Positions 10,736-22,400 of a stretch of DNA of 64,000 nt are shown here, piece by piece. A program made the translations under genes and the position numbers. The notes beneath the pieces are model-generated. The model did no database searches, was not told the origin of the DNA, and saw only the letters and a program-made list of their open reading frames with translations. The stretch's first letter is position 1. Every line of letters begins with the position of its first letter. Origin of the DNA: Felis catus (lineage: Eukaryota); NCBI RefSeq assembly GCF_018350175.1, contig NC_058368.1:145950001-146014000 (forward strand), in the 5' to 3' direction.

Positions 10736-13700
10736 GGTTTTTCTTGGTTATGCCAGTTCTGAATAGTCACACTTGTTATATGTTAGGGATGTCAAACAAG
10801 TCCCAAAGTCTGGCCCCTAACTGTACCAAGGACTGTTCAAATACTGCAGATTCAGAGATGTGTATGTTACCACTCTTGAATGAATTACCCCCTTGTGAAA
10901 TGGCCACTATAAAATGCAAACATTAACACAGGGAGTTCGTTACTTTCCCAGGATCACTGCAATATGACTGTCACCCAGATGGGCTAATTGTCCCATTTAA
11001 AGGATAGTGCTAAAAGCCAAACCCTGGTCAGCACAAACACTGATGCATGTTTTCTAAGAGATGCTCTAATAAACGGCTCTCCACCTAGTTTCTGCTTCAG
11101 GCCTGGCCCACTGCTAGCTCCGCACCCCCTTTCTGCTGATTGCAATCCTAATCACAAAATCACAGGAGGAGATTCTCCTCTGACAGTTAGTGCCCAGAAT
11201 AACCCATCCGGGATTTAGAATTTTATGCAGTTCCACCCGCTAGAGCCTTTCTAACCAATGGGAGACAGCATCCCCCCAACCCCCTACACTCCATAGGACT
11301 ACTGGCTCTGGCCCTTCACCAAACTGAAGTCATAATAAAAAGATTCTGCTTGACTGAAAGAGACCTTAATAACCAGGTGTAATGAATCTTCCTGGATCTG
11401 GCTTTGGACCAACCAAGTATAAAGCTATTTTAGGGACAATTGATTATTTGGTCTTAGTAGTAGATAAGATAAAAATTTATTGGAAGGGGAAGGTTGAGAC
11501 TGGTGATTGGGACAAAAAAAAAAGCAGGCTGAAAAAAAATACTAATACTTGCAGAAACATCTGGAAAGATATGCCTAAGAATTTATAGTGGTGATCACTG
11601 GACTGTGACAATGTGAAGTTCTTATTTTTTTTTAATAACCTATGATGGTTGCACACTTCTATAATAAAAGTAATTGGAAGATGTAATATTATATTATGTT
11701 TAGAAAATTACTACATACTTCTCAGTTTATCCTTCCAGATTAGCTCAGGCCTGGTGAAGACCCCACAGCAAGTTGTGATATAAAAATCAGGAGTTCCCAA
11801 AGGTGTTTACAGACAGAACCACATTAATCTTTCACCCTCATAAGTTTAGTGAATTAAAATTTAATTTTATTCCTTTAGCTTTCATAGAAAGACAAAATAG
11901 AAATCTCTATTTGAAGAATTATTTGTAAAACCATAATAGAAGTTATTTTCAGTTATTTCATATGATATTTCATAAGTAAACACCTAATTTATGAATTCTT
12001 TCTAGAGTCCAGTGCCTGGAAATAATTCTTCCCTTTTATCACTTCTTTTTCTGGACAGGAGAACTCTATAATCTATCATATTTCTGTGTTATCTTGTTGC
12101 TAGGGAACTCACATGTAAATTTGGCATATAATTCTATTAACTAATTGCCTAGGAGCTTAAAAGTATAATCTCTTTTCTCTTTACATTTCATCATTATTTC
12201 ATAAAAATCTCTTATAAAAACAATCCTAATTTCCCTTTTCTGCTCGTATGATCATTTTCTGCACCATTTAAAATTCTTCCTGAAAGAAGATAGAGTATAA
12301 ATCAATACTAGGTCTGCCCTACAGATCCCTGTAGAGCCTGCAGAAAATTTAACAAGTAGTAGATAGTGTTTTGGGGTGTCTACCCACCCTGCACCTCTTG
12401 TCACTTTCTCTGAGTAGTGAAGCCCACAGGGCTGAACCTCTCCCCTTTCAACTGCAATTGTACAATTGGATCAGAATGGATACATGACCAAATCCAAGTG
12501 TGAGAGTCTCTTCTGGGCATTTGGAACTGATAAAGCAATTCTCTCTGGTCTTAACTGCTTACTTAGGATACAGTGAGGCATAAATAAGCCAACAATGAAA
12601 ACAACCAGTGGGTAGCAGTTTCTTTTTACCTTTGAAAAAGAAATACAACTTAAACAAACCATGGTGAATCATCTTATTCTTCTTTTTTCTAAAAGAGAGA
12701 TATTGGAAAGAGAATACTCTACGTCCTGATACTAAAAAGAGCCAAGCACGATAGTGTAGATACTCTGCAGTGCTCAATGAAACAGTCTCCGGGAGGTGGG
12801 TAGGACAGGAGTCAAGTTACCATTATCATCACTTGGGGAGTGATAACCAAAAGCACATTTCACTCCTACATCCCCCACTTCCCTGGAGAAAAGACAGACT
12901 TCAGGAAGTTTTGCTTTTGAAGGCCGCAGATGATTCTGATGCCTACCTACTTTACCACCTCCTCCAAGAATGAATACAGAAAGGATATGTATCCTTTTAG
13001 GTGATGACTGTTCCACTGAACATCATCGCAAAAACTATAATTGTATAACAAAGTCCCTGCCATGGAAATACACTTATTTTCTACATGTTATTAGCATTGT
13101 CAGTTGACTCTACCTTTATAGATATATACAGCAATTGTTGTTGCTGGTGGATTGTGTGGCATCTAATGTGCTGTTTCCCCATTCTAGGTTTGTTCTGACT
13201 GCTGGAGCTGTTCTCCAGAAACTATGCATTACACCAAATCTATGTTTTGCCTGTTCAGCTCAGCCTCACTAACTAAATGGGCTGGAATAAGAATTCTCTC
13301 TTCTCCCAAGCAGAACTAATAAAGAAAACTTTGAATAAAGTTCTAATTGATTTTAATTGAATAGAATTATTATCACCCTATTTTAGTGGCATGAGGTAGC
13401 AACTTGTTAAATAAGTTCCTTCTGGTGTGCAAGAGTCAGTGAGTTTTTCAGGTGAGATAGCCCCAGTTGATCTTACGATAAAAAAATGCCCTGAATGTGG
13501 CAGTGAGAGGTGGCTGGAATTGGTTAAACCTCTACCAGAGGAAGAACCTACTGTAAATCCACTGAGCTCCCAGCCTGCCCCCGTCTCCCAACCAGAGACT
13601 CAAATTCTCTACACAGATTTCTGATCCCTTCATGTTCTGATTTTCAAGTCTGTTAAAAAAAAAAGTGATGTATTCTCAAAACAGAAACAGATGTGAGATC

Positions 13701-14344
13701 TAATTTCTTATTGGAAGTGACAAAACATATAAAGATTTGGCAAGATACATATTTCACATATTTCAAGATTTCAAAAATAGTCATCAAACAAATAAAGGAA
13801 GAGCTAGATAGCAGGGTGGTCTTTCTCTGGTTTCTGTGTTCCTTTGCTAAGATTCCCATGATAGTCTACTGTCAATAAGATATAGAAAAATAGAAATATC
13901 ATATACAATAGAAAATATACAAGTATATATTATAAAAATAATGATTTAAGAGAAAAAACAGTAAATGTTCTCCTTGTTTTAAAGGTATGATAATTTCTAC
14001 ATTTTAATCTGACTGTAAATTTTCACCCTTACCTTTGATCAAATGAGCTTGTCCTAACAAAAAAAAAAAAAAAAGAAAGCTGAGAAATGAATAATTTTAC
14101 CCATTAAATTCTAAAGGGAGTTGCTATACAGAGCAAAGAAGTAGATGTGATAGCTTTTAAGAAAGAAAGATGTGGGGAGGCATATACTGATGAGTATGTG
14201 TGATTGTGGGAAGTAAATTTGCATTTATATAGCACCATTTTTCAGGTGAGACAATTGGTAATATATTTGCTACAGTGCAGTGCTATGATGTAAAATCCAT
14301 ACTAAAGAGAAATGATGTGGCTTTTTTTTTTTAAATAAAGGCAT

Positions 14345-14575
14345 TTGGATCCGATGAGCATTTATCTGATGCCTATCACGTACCGAGCATTGGGCTAGGT
14401 GGGGACTCCTTACTGTTATTTATCTTTTACAAAAACCCTATTTCCTATTACTACCTCCATTTTTTGAAAATGAGGAAACTAAGAGTCTAGGAGAATGAAA
14501 TGACTCAGTCAAAGTCACATATATGGTAAACTGCAGAACCAAGATTGAAGTACAGACCTTTCTGGATCTAAAGTT
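14345..14575 (-). mobile_element. MIR SINE
   Basis: ctccattttttgaaaatgaggaaactaag..aaagtcacat..gcagaaccaagattgaa. Confidence 0.7.
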
Positions 14576-15606
14576 GTTTGCATTGTGCCCCAGATAAATC
14601 AAGGGAAAATTCTACAGATTTTCAGAACCCTTTATATTTGAATGGTGCTTATTGCAAATTAATTTTGCAAGGTTTTTTTAAAAAGTGTTAAAACAATTTT
14701 TATGGACATCATGGTAGAGGTGAGAAACGACTCATAATGTTTCAGTGACATGCCAAAGTCTGTGCCTGGTTTGTGACAGAACAAAAGCTCGGCAGCTTTA
14801 GGGAATTTGGACTCGTGCCTGAAACTCCACTCCAGTCAAGTTCAACCAAAAAGACATGACTGCATGTGTTGCTTGAAATATCTGTTCTCCTTAGAAGAGT
14901 AGTCTGCCAGCTGTGCCTTGAGGAACCTGAGGGCTTCTGTGGAGAGCCTGAGGTAGGAGCCGGGGAGGGAGAGGAAACAGCAGCTGGAGAACAGAGAACT
15001 GGGGAGGAATCCACACATGGGGCTTTAAGCTACCTCTTGCCTTTAACCAGCAGTCTTGCTTTAATCTGCTTTGTATATTTATCTCCCTCATAAGATTTTG
15101 CTTAAAGAAAGAAGTTCTGTGGCTTTAAAGTGTTTGAAAACTACATCTTTACCCTAGATAGATATGGAATCGTTTTGAAGTTTTTGTCCTTTTTGTAGTC
15201 AGACATCTGAGGAACCTGGTTAAAACCAGTGATTAAGAACTAGACATTAGAGAAAGGTGGGGCAGGGTGTTTTGAGAATATATAAGGTCATGCACTGTTA
15301 TGTATGTGTGTTATCATCGAGATATGTTTACCAGTAGACAGAAAATTAACCAATAATGTCTATGTTGAGACTTCTAACATCAGACCTAATAGATGTTCAT
15401 AACAGGAGATTGTTAGCACGTCCCAGCAGCTGTCTGTGGAGCCTGACGAAGTGAGCATAAAGCTGGTGGTTAGACTTCCAATTTTTAGGGCAACTTGTAG
15501 GTCTTAAAACAAAAGTAAGATTTGCTAAGATTTCTTATGGAATAAGAAAAATAAATAGATCTCATTGCAAGCATTCTCTCCCAATTTCTTAATCACTTGG
15601 GTATAT

Positions 15607-15650
15607 TCTCTTGCTCTCTTTCTCTCTCTCTCTCTCTGTCTCTCTCTCTC

Positions 15651-15688
<38 letters not shown>
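15607..15688. repeat. Compound (CT)n(CA)n microsatellite
   Basis: Seen directly. Confidence 0.95.
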
Positions 15689-15690
<2 letters not shown>

Positions 15691-16354
15691 GTTTTCTTCT
15701 TATGTCACTTCTGAGTCTTGAGTTTGCACACGTTTTCAGTTATGCCTACTACATAGCTAGTGGTGTCTGTCAGTTTCTCCCACTGGTCTGTTTCTCATAA
15801 GAATCAAATATTACTCATCATTGTAATCCCTGGAGTTAGTACTGTTTTTGACACACAGATGCTTGATAATAATTTGTTGTGTATTCAATGGCTATATTAG
15901 AAAAAAAAAGAAATAAGCATATCAATTCTCATTTTGTGCTTGTTAATGCAAAGAGAGATAAGAGTTTCTTTTCAGGCCTTGAAAAACAGCATGCTGGCTT
16001 ACAACTTGACTATTACTCATAATTATGCTAATTTCAGAAGAATTTAGTTAGGAACATCAGTTATGGAATTAGAAAAATGCCAACTTCTGGGGTTTTTTTT
16101 GCAAGATCTTTTGCATTAGAGTATTTTGGTTTCGGAAGACTAGTGGTAGAAGGAATGTGTATGATCCACATCTACCATCCAAAGTCAGTTTGCCATATGG
16201 ATACCTTTATAACTAGGATGTTGATTATTGAGGCTTTGAGGGAAGAAGAGTATTGGAAGAACTTCCAAGCTTCCATAATATCAATTTCAAGAAGCATCCT
16301 GTTTTACCTGAGGTTTTCTGTCACCTTTCTTTCACTTTTTCTGTTTTAATTCAG

Positions 16355-16487
16355 GTGAAGTAAAATGGCGTGATATCTTCTTGTGTGATTCAGAGAGTTT
16401 CTCAATTGACACCTGGGCCAGTCTAATCTTAGGCATGGGCCTTATTCCAGAAAACAGCTTTCCCTCCATTGCACCCAGGGAAGCCAG
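16355..16487 (+). other. Candidate spliced exon (133 nt) of an unidentified transcript
   Basis: Long polypyrimidine tract + CAG acceptor at 16354; consensus donor CAG|GTGAGT at 16487/16488; no transcript evidence. Confidence 0.35.
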
Positions 16488-16785
16488 GTGAGTCCACCAA
16501 GAGCAAGAGCTCTGGGATATGATCCTGGACATTCCAAGGTTCTTACTGCTGAGGGGGTCTCTCAGGTGCTACAGGGGCTGTTATGATCATTGTTCCTTCC
16601 TGCACCAGCTGCCCCTGGTACCTGAAGCTGAGGTACAGAAGGACATGAATACATCTACCTCCAGAGGAAGCTGAATGGAAAGATGAGAGACACTGTGTTT
16701 CAAGATATTTCTATCTCTTTGTGCCTTAACTAATCTTTCTTCTCTCTTTCTAATGTGGGAGTTCAGTTTCACTTCTTTATCAAAT

Positions 16786-16787
16786 GT

Positions 16788-16855
<68 letters not shown>

Positions 16856-16900
16856 GAGAGAGAGAGAGGAAAGAAAGAAAGAAAAGAAAGAAAGAGAGAG
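16786..16900. repeat. Compound (TG)n(AG)n/(AAAG)n microsatellite
   Basis: Seen directly. Confidence 0.95.
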
Positions 16901-18449
16901 GAGTAATGAATTAAGAATTTAGGTTGGCTGTTAATATTTAGAGTTGCATAAACTTGGCTCTGTGAATTTCTGGCTTTAAAGTTCAGAGTTCATCTCCCAC
17001 ACTGTTCCCAAGAATGCATCAATTCTTTCAGGTAATTGAGACAAATACAGTGGCTTGAATCATGAAATACCTTAAAACTTCCCAGTTGAGTGGCTTGAAC
17101 ATGATGAGGAGGTTTTAACAGCCTATTCTGGAGGAGAGGTTCTCAGCCTCAGTGGCACACGAGAGTGCCACCAGAACATCAGCTCAATTACTTAAAAATC
17201 TCTAAGATTATTGAACCAAGGCATTTGGGTTTCTTAAAAGTTCCCCAAGTGATTCAAAAGCATAGCCAAGCAACCACCATTCTACAGAGAGCTATGATCT
17301 ACTAAAAATGGTGATTGGGAATAATCCATTAAACACATTTTATGGTTTGTTTCTTGTTGCCACAACAGGAGTCTTTCCATATCCTAGATGCAAAATCGAT
17401 CCTTTCCAAATCGAAGTCACCACAAGAAAATTTGACCAAAACAGATTGTTTTCTTTCAAAATTAGGTACATCATGTAAACATTGCAAAATTGAACTACTA
17501 CTCTTTCAGATGAGCTCAGAAGATAATAAGTCTTTATGAGAAGAGAATACTACATTTCACATTTATAATTCATTTTTACTACCATTAAAAATAAATTGCT
17601 CAATCACTGATGATTCTAAGTTTCTTGACTCATATTGGATGATAGAAAACAAACATGAGTGTCTGGTTCCCAAAAGCTATTTCTTATAACCCACCTCCTT
17701 CATTTTTTTTTCCCTTGCTGTGAAAATTTGACGTTAGAATTGAAGGTTTATAAAGAAGTGAATGTAGAGAATCTAATGTCAGACCAAGAACCATAGAAGT
17801 TTTGAAATAGTGTCTTCTATTGTGATTTTCAGTTTTAAACTCTCAATGTTTTAAAAAGCATGACTCACTTAAATGGCTGAATATTTCTCTTTTCATCCAA
17901 GGCTAGAAATACTTGTTTTACTTTTGGGAAACTCACTGGGTAGGGGTGTTATTTAGAACACTTCTTGCTGGTAAGAAGGTAAGGCCTCCATGTTTAGAAT
18001 GGGGTAAAGAAAGATCTTGGAGAGATGATGTCATAGAGCTGTGGATTAGGGAAAAAAAAGAAAATTATTTTCAGATATTGTGAAAAAAGATAAGCTAACT
18101 TTGCTTATGCAAAAGCATAAATGTGCCATAGGTAGAAAACCAGATTAGTTTTCCTAAAGAATGAGAATTAGTCTCTGGTTGCATACCTAGTGTATGCACC
18201 TCATTTTATATTTGATGAACTCGTGCATAATTTGCAATCCAGTAATTCATAAGAATATCATGGTATCACTGTTGGTCATGGCTTTATGTGTGTGGGAGAT
18301 GGAAGGAAATATGTGGTGGGTGATGGGAAAAAAGGAGAAAGATCTTCACAGTTAAAGGTTATTGTATCTACTTAGGTGATAAAAACAAGTTCAAATAGAC
18401 ATTTAATTATTTCTAAGTGGTGTGACAGAAATGAGAAATCCCAATAAAA

Positions 18450-18452
<3 letters not shown>

Positions 18453-18482
<30 letters not shown>
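18453..18482. repeat. (CA)n microsatellite
   Basis: Seen directly. Confidence 0.95.
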
Positions 18483-18484
<2 letters not shown>

Positions 18485-19307
18485 TATTTATACGATACAC
18501 ACAGATTTCAGATAATGCTTATGTCTAAGACATGAGGAGGAGGCCTGCAATTTGGGGTCTTCTGTTGTATCTGCTTTCTTTTCTTGTCAAAAAAAATGTG
18601 ACGCATAATGTTAACATTTGTCAAACATGGGTATTATAGCAGTCAGTAGTAGGACAGTAGTACATAGCATTATATTATTTTCTGTACTTTCCTGAATGTG
18701 TAAACATTTTTGAAAAATGTGTCATATCTTAAAAGTTTAATGAAAGAATTGAGCCAGATTATCTGTAAATTGCTTTACATCTCAAAACAATAGTTTTTAA
18801 TAATTTTTGGAGCATAAGGTCATATATACTTGAGTCTTACGGAAAATGGCTGCCCTGTAACTGTCGGAGTGACAAAGTGGGGTAATGGAACTGCAGCTGA
18901 AAGCAGTGCACACTCAATCTATATACGATTTTTAATCTGAGAATAGGGCAAAAGGAGAAAGGGAAAATGAAACAGAAAAGCAACTCTAGAAAAATGTGTT
19001 CTTGTCCAGAAATTACATTTATCCCAAAGTGCCTCCTTCTCAAAAATATCCCACTCTTTTTATTCCTACGGCTAGTACTAGTGATAACCTGATGAAGAAA
19101 TCAATTTTAAAAATCTACTTTTTTCTAAGTTGGTATAAGCTATATTAAATTTTTCCATAAGAAAAGTAATACATGCTCATTTCAAAATGAGAAAAAATAA
19201 CATAATGCACTGAAAAATGAACAATATAAAATACAAAGTATCCTTATTATTACTAAGAAAAGATAAACATGGCTAATTAACATTTAGGCAACTAGTTTTC
19301 CTTTTCA

Positions 19308-19449
19308 TACATATATATATGTATGCAAAATATATATACATTCCATACATATACATTCCATATATATTTATATATATACATTTCATATATATATACATTC
19401 CATACATATATTCCATATATATTTATATATATATAAATATATATATATA
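19308..19449. repeat. TA-rich simple repeat with ~57-bp higher-order unit
   Basis: acattccatacata recurs at 19338 and 19395. Confidence 0.85.
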
Positions 19450-19478
19450 AAACCATTGGAATATCATTTAAAAAAAAT

Positions 19479-19565
19479 AGGCACACCTGGGAGGCTCAGT
19501 CGGTTGTGTCCAATTCTTGGTTTCAGCTCAGGTCATGATCTCCTGGTTCATTATATCGAGCCCTG
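19479..19565 (+). mobile_element. CAN-SINE 5' part only
   Basis: ggcacacctgggaggctcagtcggtt..cagctcaggtcatgatctc..tcgagccctg, then no CT tract or tail. Confidence 0.85.
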
Positions 19566-19700
19566 ATTTACTATTAGAAACAATGTTGAAATAAATATAT
19601 TTTGTTTGCTTCTCCAATTAGGTTCTTGGTGTAATTCCTAGAGGAGCATAGTTTGACTTTTGAGAAAGAGGGGAGAAAAGCTTCATTCTGGATGCCTTAT

Positions 19701-20130
19701 TGTAGTAGAGACTAGGAATTCACAACCTCGTATCTGTTCTCCTTTTATTAGGACCTATCTTTTTCTGGAGGGAGGGGAAGAAGTAGCAAAATTACATTTT
19801 CTAGCTCTCTTGTTGCTAGGGATGCACACATGACACATCTCTAGCCAGTGAAATTTGAATTCTCTGTACCAGGCTGACTCCACTGGCACACTTGGTCAGT
19901 GCCTTGTTCTTCTTCCTTCTTCCTATTTCCTGCCCACAATGTAGTCTTAATGGCTGATAGAGTGGGGACTAAGGTACTGAAGAGAGTGGTGGAAATGGAG
20001 CCATCTTATAACCACAAGGAGAAGAGAACAGGAAATATGGCTGAATAAAAAAAGAAGGATCCTGAGTTCCTACCGACAGCGTGAAGCTGCCCTACTTACA
20101 ATAGACTTTCTACCTTCTGATTCTTTGTTA
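19701..20130 (+). mobile_element. MaLR solo LTR (MLT1I/J-like)
   Basis: tgtagtagag start; ttacattttctagctctcttgttgctaggg..catgacacatctctagccagtga; agccatctt..aaggatcctgagttcct. Confidence 0.65.
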
Positions 20131-21420
20131 TCCCCGTGACTAAATGAAATTTATGAAATTATTTATACAATAATCATATCACTTCCAGTTAATAGATATT
20201 CTGAAAAACTGGCATTCTCTTTACATTCTTTCTGGAACAGCAATAAAGAATATGATGCCTGTTATGGGATTCTACAATAGGTAACAAATAGGCATTGGCT
20301 GACCTTTGGCCAGTCGCAAGACCATTTAGAAGAAGGTGTAACTTGGAAGCCACATTCCCAGGAAGCATGAAATCTCCCTCTGCACTACCTCATTGTGGCT
20401 ACTACTACTTCTTTCTTTGATTCAGAAAAGTAAATCATCCAGAAAGTTCTTTCAGGAGTGAAAAAGGCTGAAAATCCCTGAAGATCCTGACTATTCTCCA
20501 AAGCTACTAAGGAAAGAAGATAAATATTATACATTTAATATTTTATTTTCCAGAAGTATATAATATATAATCTCTCACTGTCCTAAAGAGAGAGATCCAT
20601 ATGCTACCTCATTGGAATTACATTAAAGATTATTCTATTATTGCTGAGAAGTAGTTTTGGATATACAGAACAATCTATGAGAGTGTATGACTACAAAATA
20701 TATTTTTTACTAAATTAGGTAAACCCTTACCATATTTAAAGCAAATCTTATTGCAAATATAAATATACATAATATAAACATAACATATGTATCTTAGTGC
20801 TCTCCTACAGGTACTTAATTAGGCTCTCAAAAGATGTTTGTTGTTTGGTTGATAATAGGTTACCAGTTAAAATAAGAAAAAGGATGATTCTCTTAAAATA
20901 ATAAATGAGATATTTTTGAGCCTGTCTGAATAGCATACATACAAAAGAAAAGAGGAATGAGCCAGAATAAGTTGTGCATCTGGGCTAAATTCCAAGAACT
21001 ATAATCCATTCCTGGACCTTAGCTGGATTGATGCTGAGAAACAGGCCTTGAATAGGGAGTTGGAGAAATTCAAGTTCAAGGGCTAGAGAAGATAGTGGGT
21101 GACCTAATCAGAGGTCATTGTTAGAGGTTCAGCCTAGGATTTGAAATAACCTTCCTCACAGGTATCACACCCCAGCCAATTAACTAGGTGCAGAGAGCAT
21201 GGGAATAGTCACATATGCTGTTTTCTTTCCTTCCTCTCTTGAAAGAATAAAATGGCAGCAAAATTATTGTTCATTTTCTGAAGTTAGTTTGTAGACTCTG
21301 GGGAGAATGGAAAAACGTGTAAAAATAATGCATGCTCCCCATTTCTCACTCAGTAAGGTAAGGGAGTGTAGGAAGCATGTAAGTTCTCAAAATCTTTATC
21401 TCTACTAAAGGCCTTCTCAA

Positions 21421-21422
<2 letters not shown>

Positions 21423-21461
<39 letters not shown>

Positions 21462-21497
21462 GTGTGTGTATGTGTATGTGTGTGAGAGAGAGAGAGA
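21423..21497. repeat. (TG)n(AG)n microsatellite
   Basis: Seen directly. Confidence 0.95.
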
Positions 21498-21549
21498 AAC
21501 ATGTCTGCCTTGCCCTGGGGAGTTATGGGTGAACTATAGCCCTTCTTAT

Positions 21550-22400
21550 GTCACCCAGCATTCAGTCAGAGAGGTAGAACCACTAAGGTATATTGATAGG
21601 TAGATGACATAGATAGACAGACAGATATAGTATATATAATTAGATAATACAAAATAGTATTATAGAATCTATAGTTAGAAATAGAGATAGACTGGGGTGC
21701 CTGGGTGGCTTAGTCAGTTGAGCATCCATCTCTTGATTTCAGCTCAGATCATGATCCCAGAGTCATGGGATCAAGCCCCATTGGGCTCCGTGCTGAGTGT
21801 GGAGCCTGCTTAAGACTATCTCTGTCCCTCTACGCCTTTCCCAGACTCGTGCTCGCTCTCTCTCTCTCTCTCTCTTAAATTAAAAAAAAATTAGAGATAA
21901 ATAAAGATTGATTTTTATAGCAATCTGACCTTGCACTATTATAGCAATTTGACCTTGCACTATTTTGAAAGCTGGTTAGGCAATCTCTATATCACCATTG
22001 TCCTTGCTTTTGATGCTAGATCCTGAAGTGTTCAGGGCACGTAGCAAGGAAGGAAAAGATAGATGTAAAATTGGGAAGAGAAAGAACAAGGTGGAAGTCA
22101 CAAGCACAAGCTTGAGTATATGAGAACACACTGGAACCCATGTTATTTCTCGTTGTCTGTGACCTTGATGGTTTGGGCCATCAGAAGCCAAGGGCCTTTT
22201 GTCATGGAACTAAGCCTAGACACCTGGCTTGAGAAGCAGAGAAGCTGAAGGAGGATCCAGGGAAGGGGGAGCAGTTGTAGTCTACAAATCCCATAGAAAA
22301 AATTTCTCATGTGGTCCATCCTAATGAGAAATGTACAGGAAAGGCAATTCTGGGGAATGTAGTTCATCCTGGCCAAGTCAACACTTTAAAAGCCACCATA
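21550..22400 (-). mobile_element. ERVL solo LTR (MLT2-like) interrupted by a SINE
   Basis: ttcagtcagagaggtagaaccacta..(GATA-rich)..gagaagctgaaggaggatccagggaagg..ggcaattctggggaatgtagttc..gccaagtcaacac. Confidence 0.65.
21694..21890 (+). mobile_element. CAN-SINE
   Basis: ggggtgcctgggtggcttagtcagttgagc..(CT)n..A tail. Confidence 0.95.

Noticed and set aside
14895..14952. Possible 58-nt + strand exon encoding RVVCQLCLEEPEGFCGEPE (CxxC, RING-like look)
   Set aside because: Splice sites are only moderate, there is no continuation of a RING pattern and no partner coding exons.
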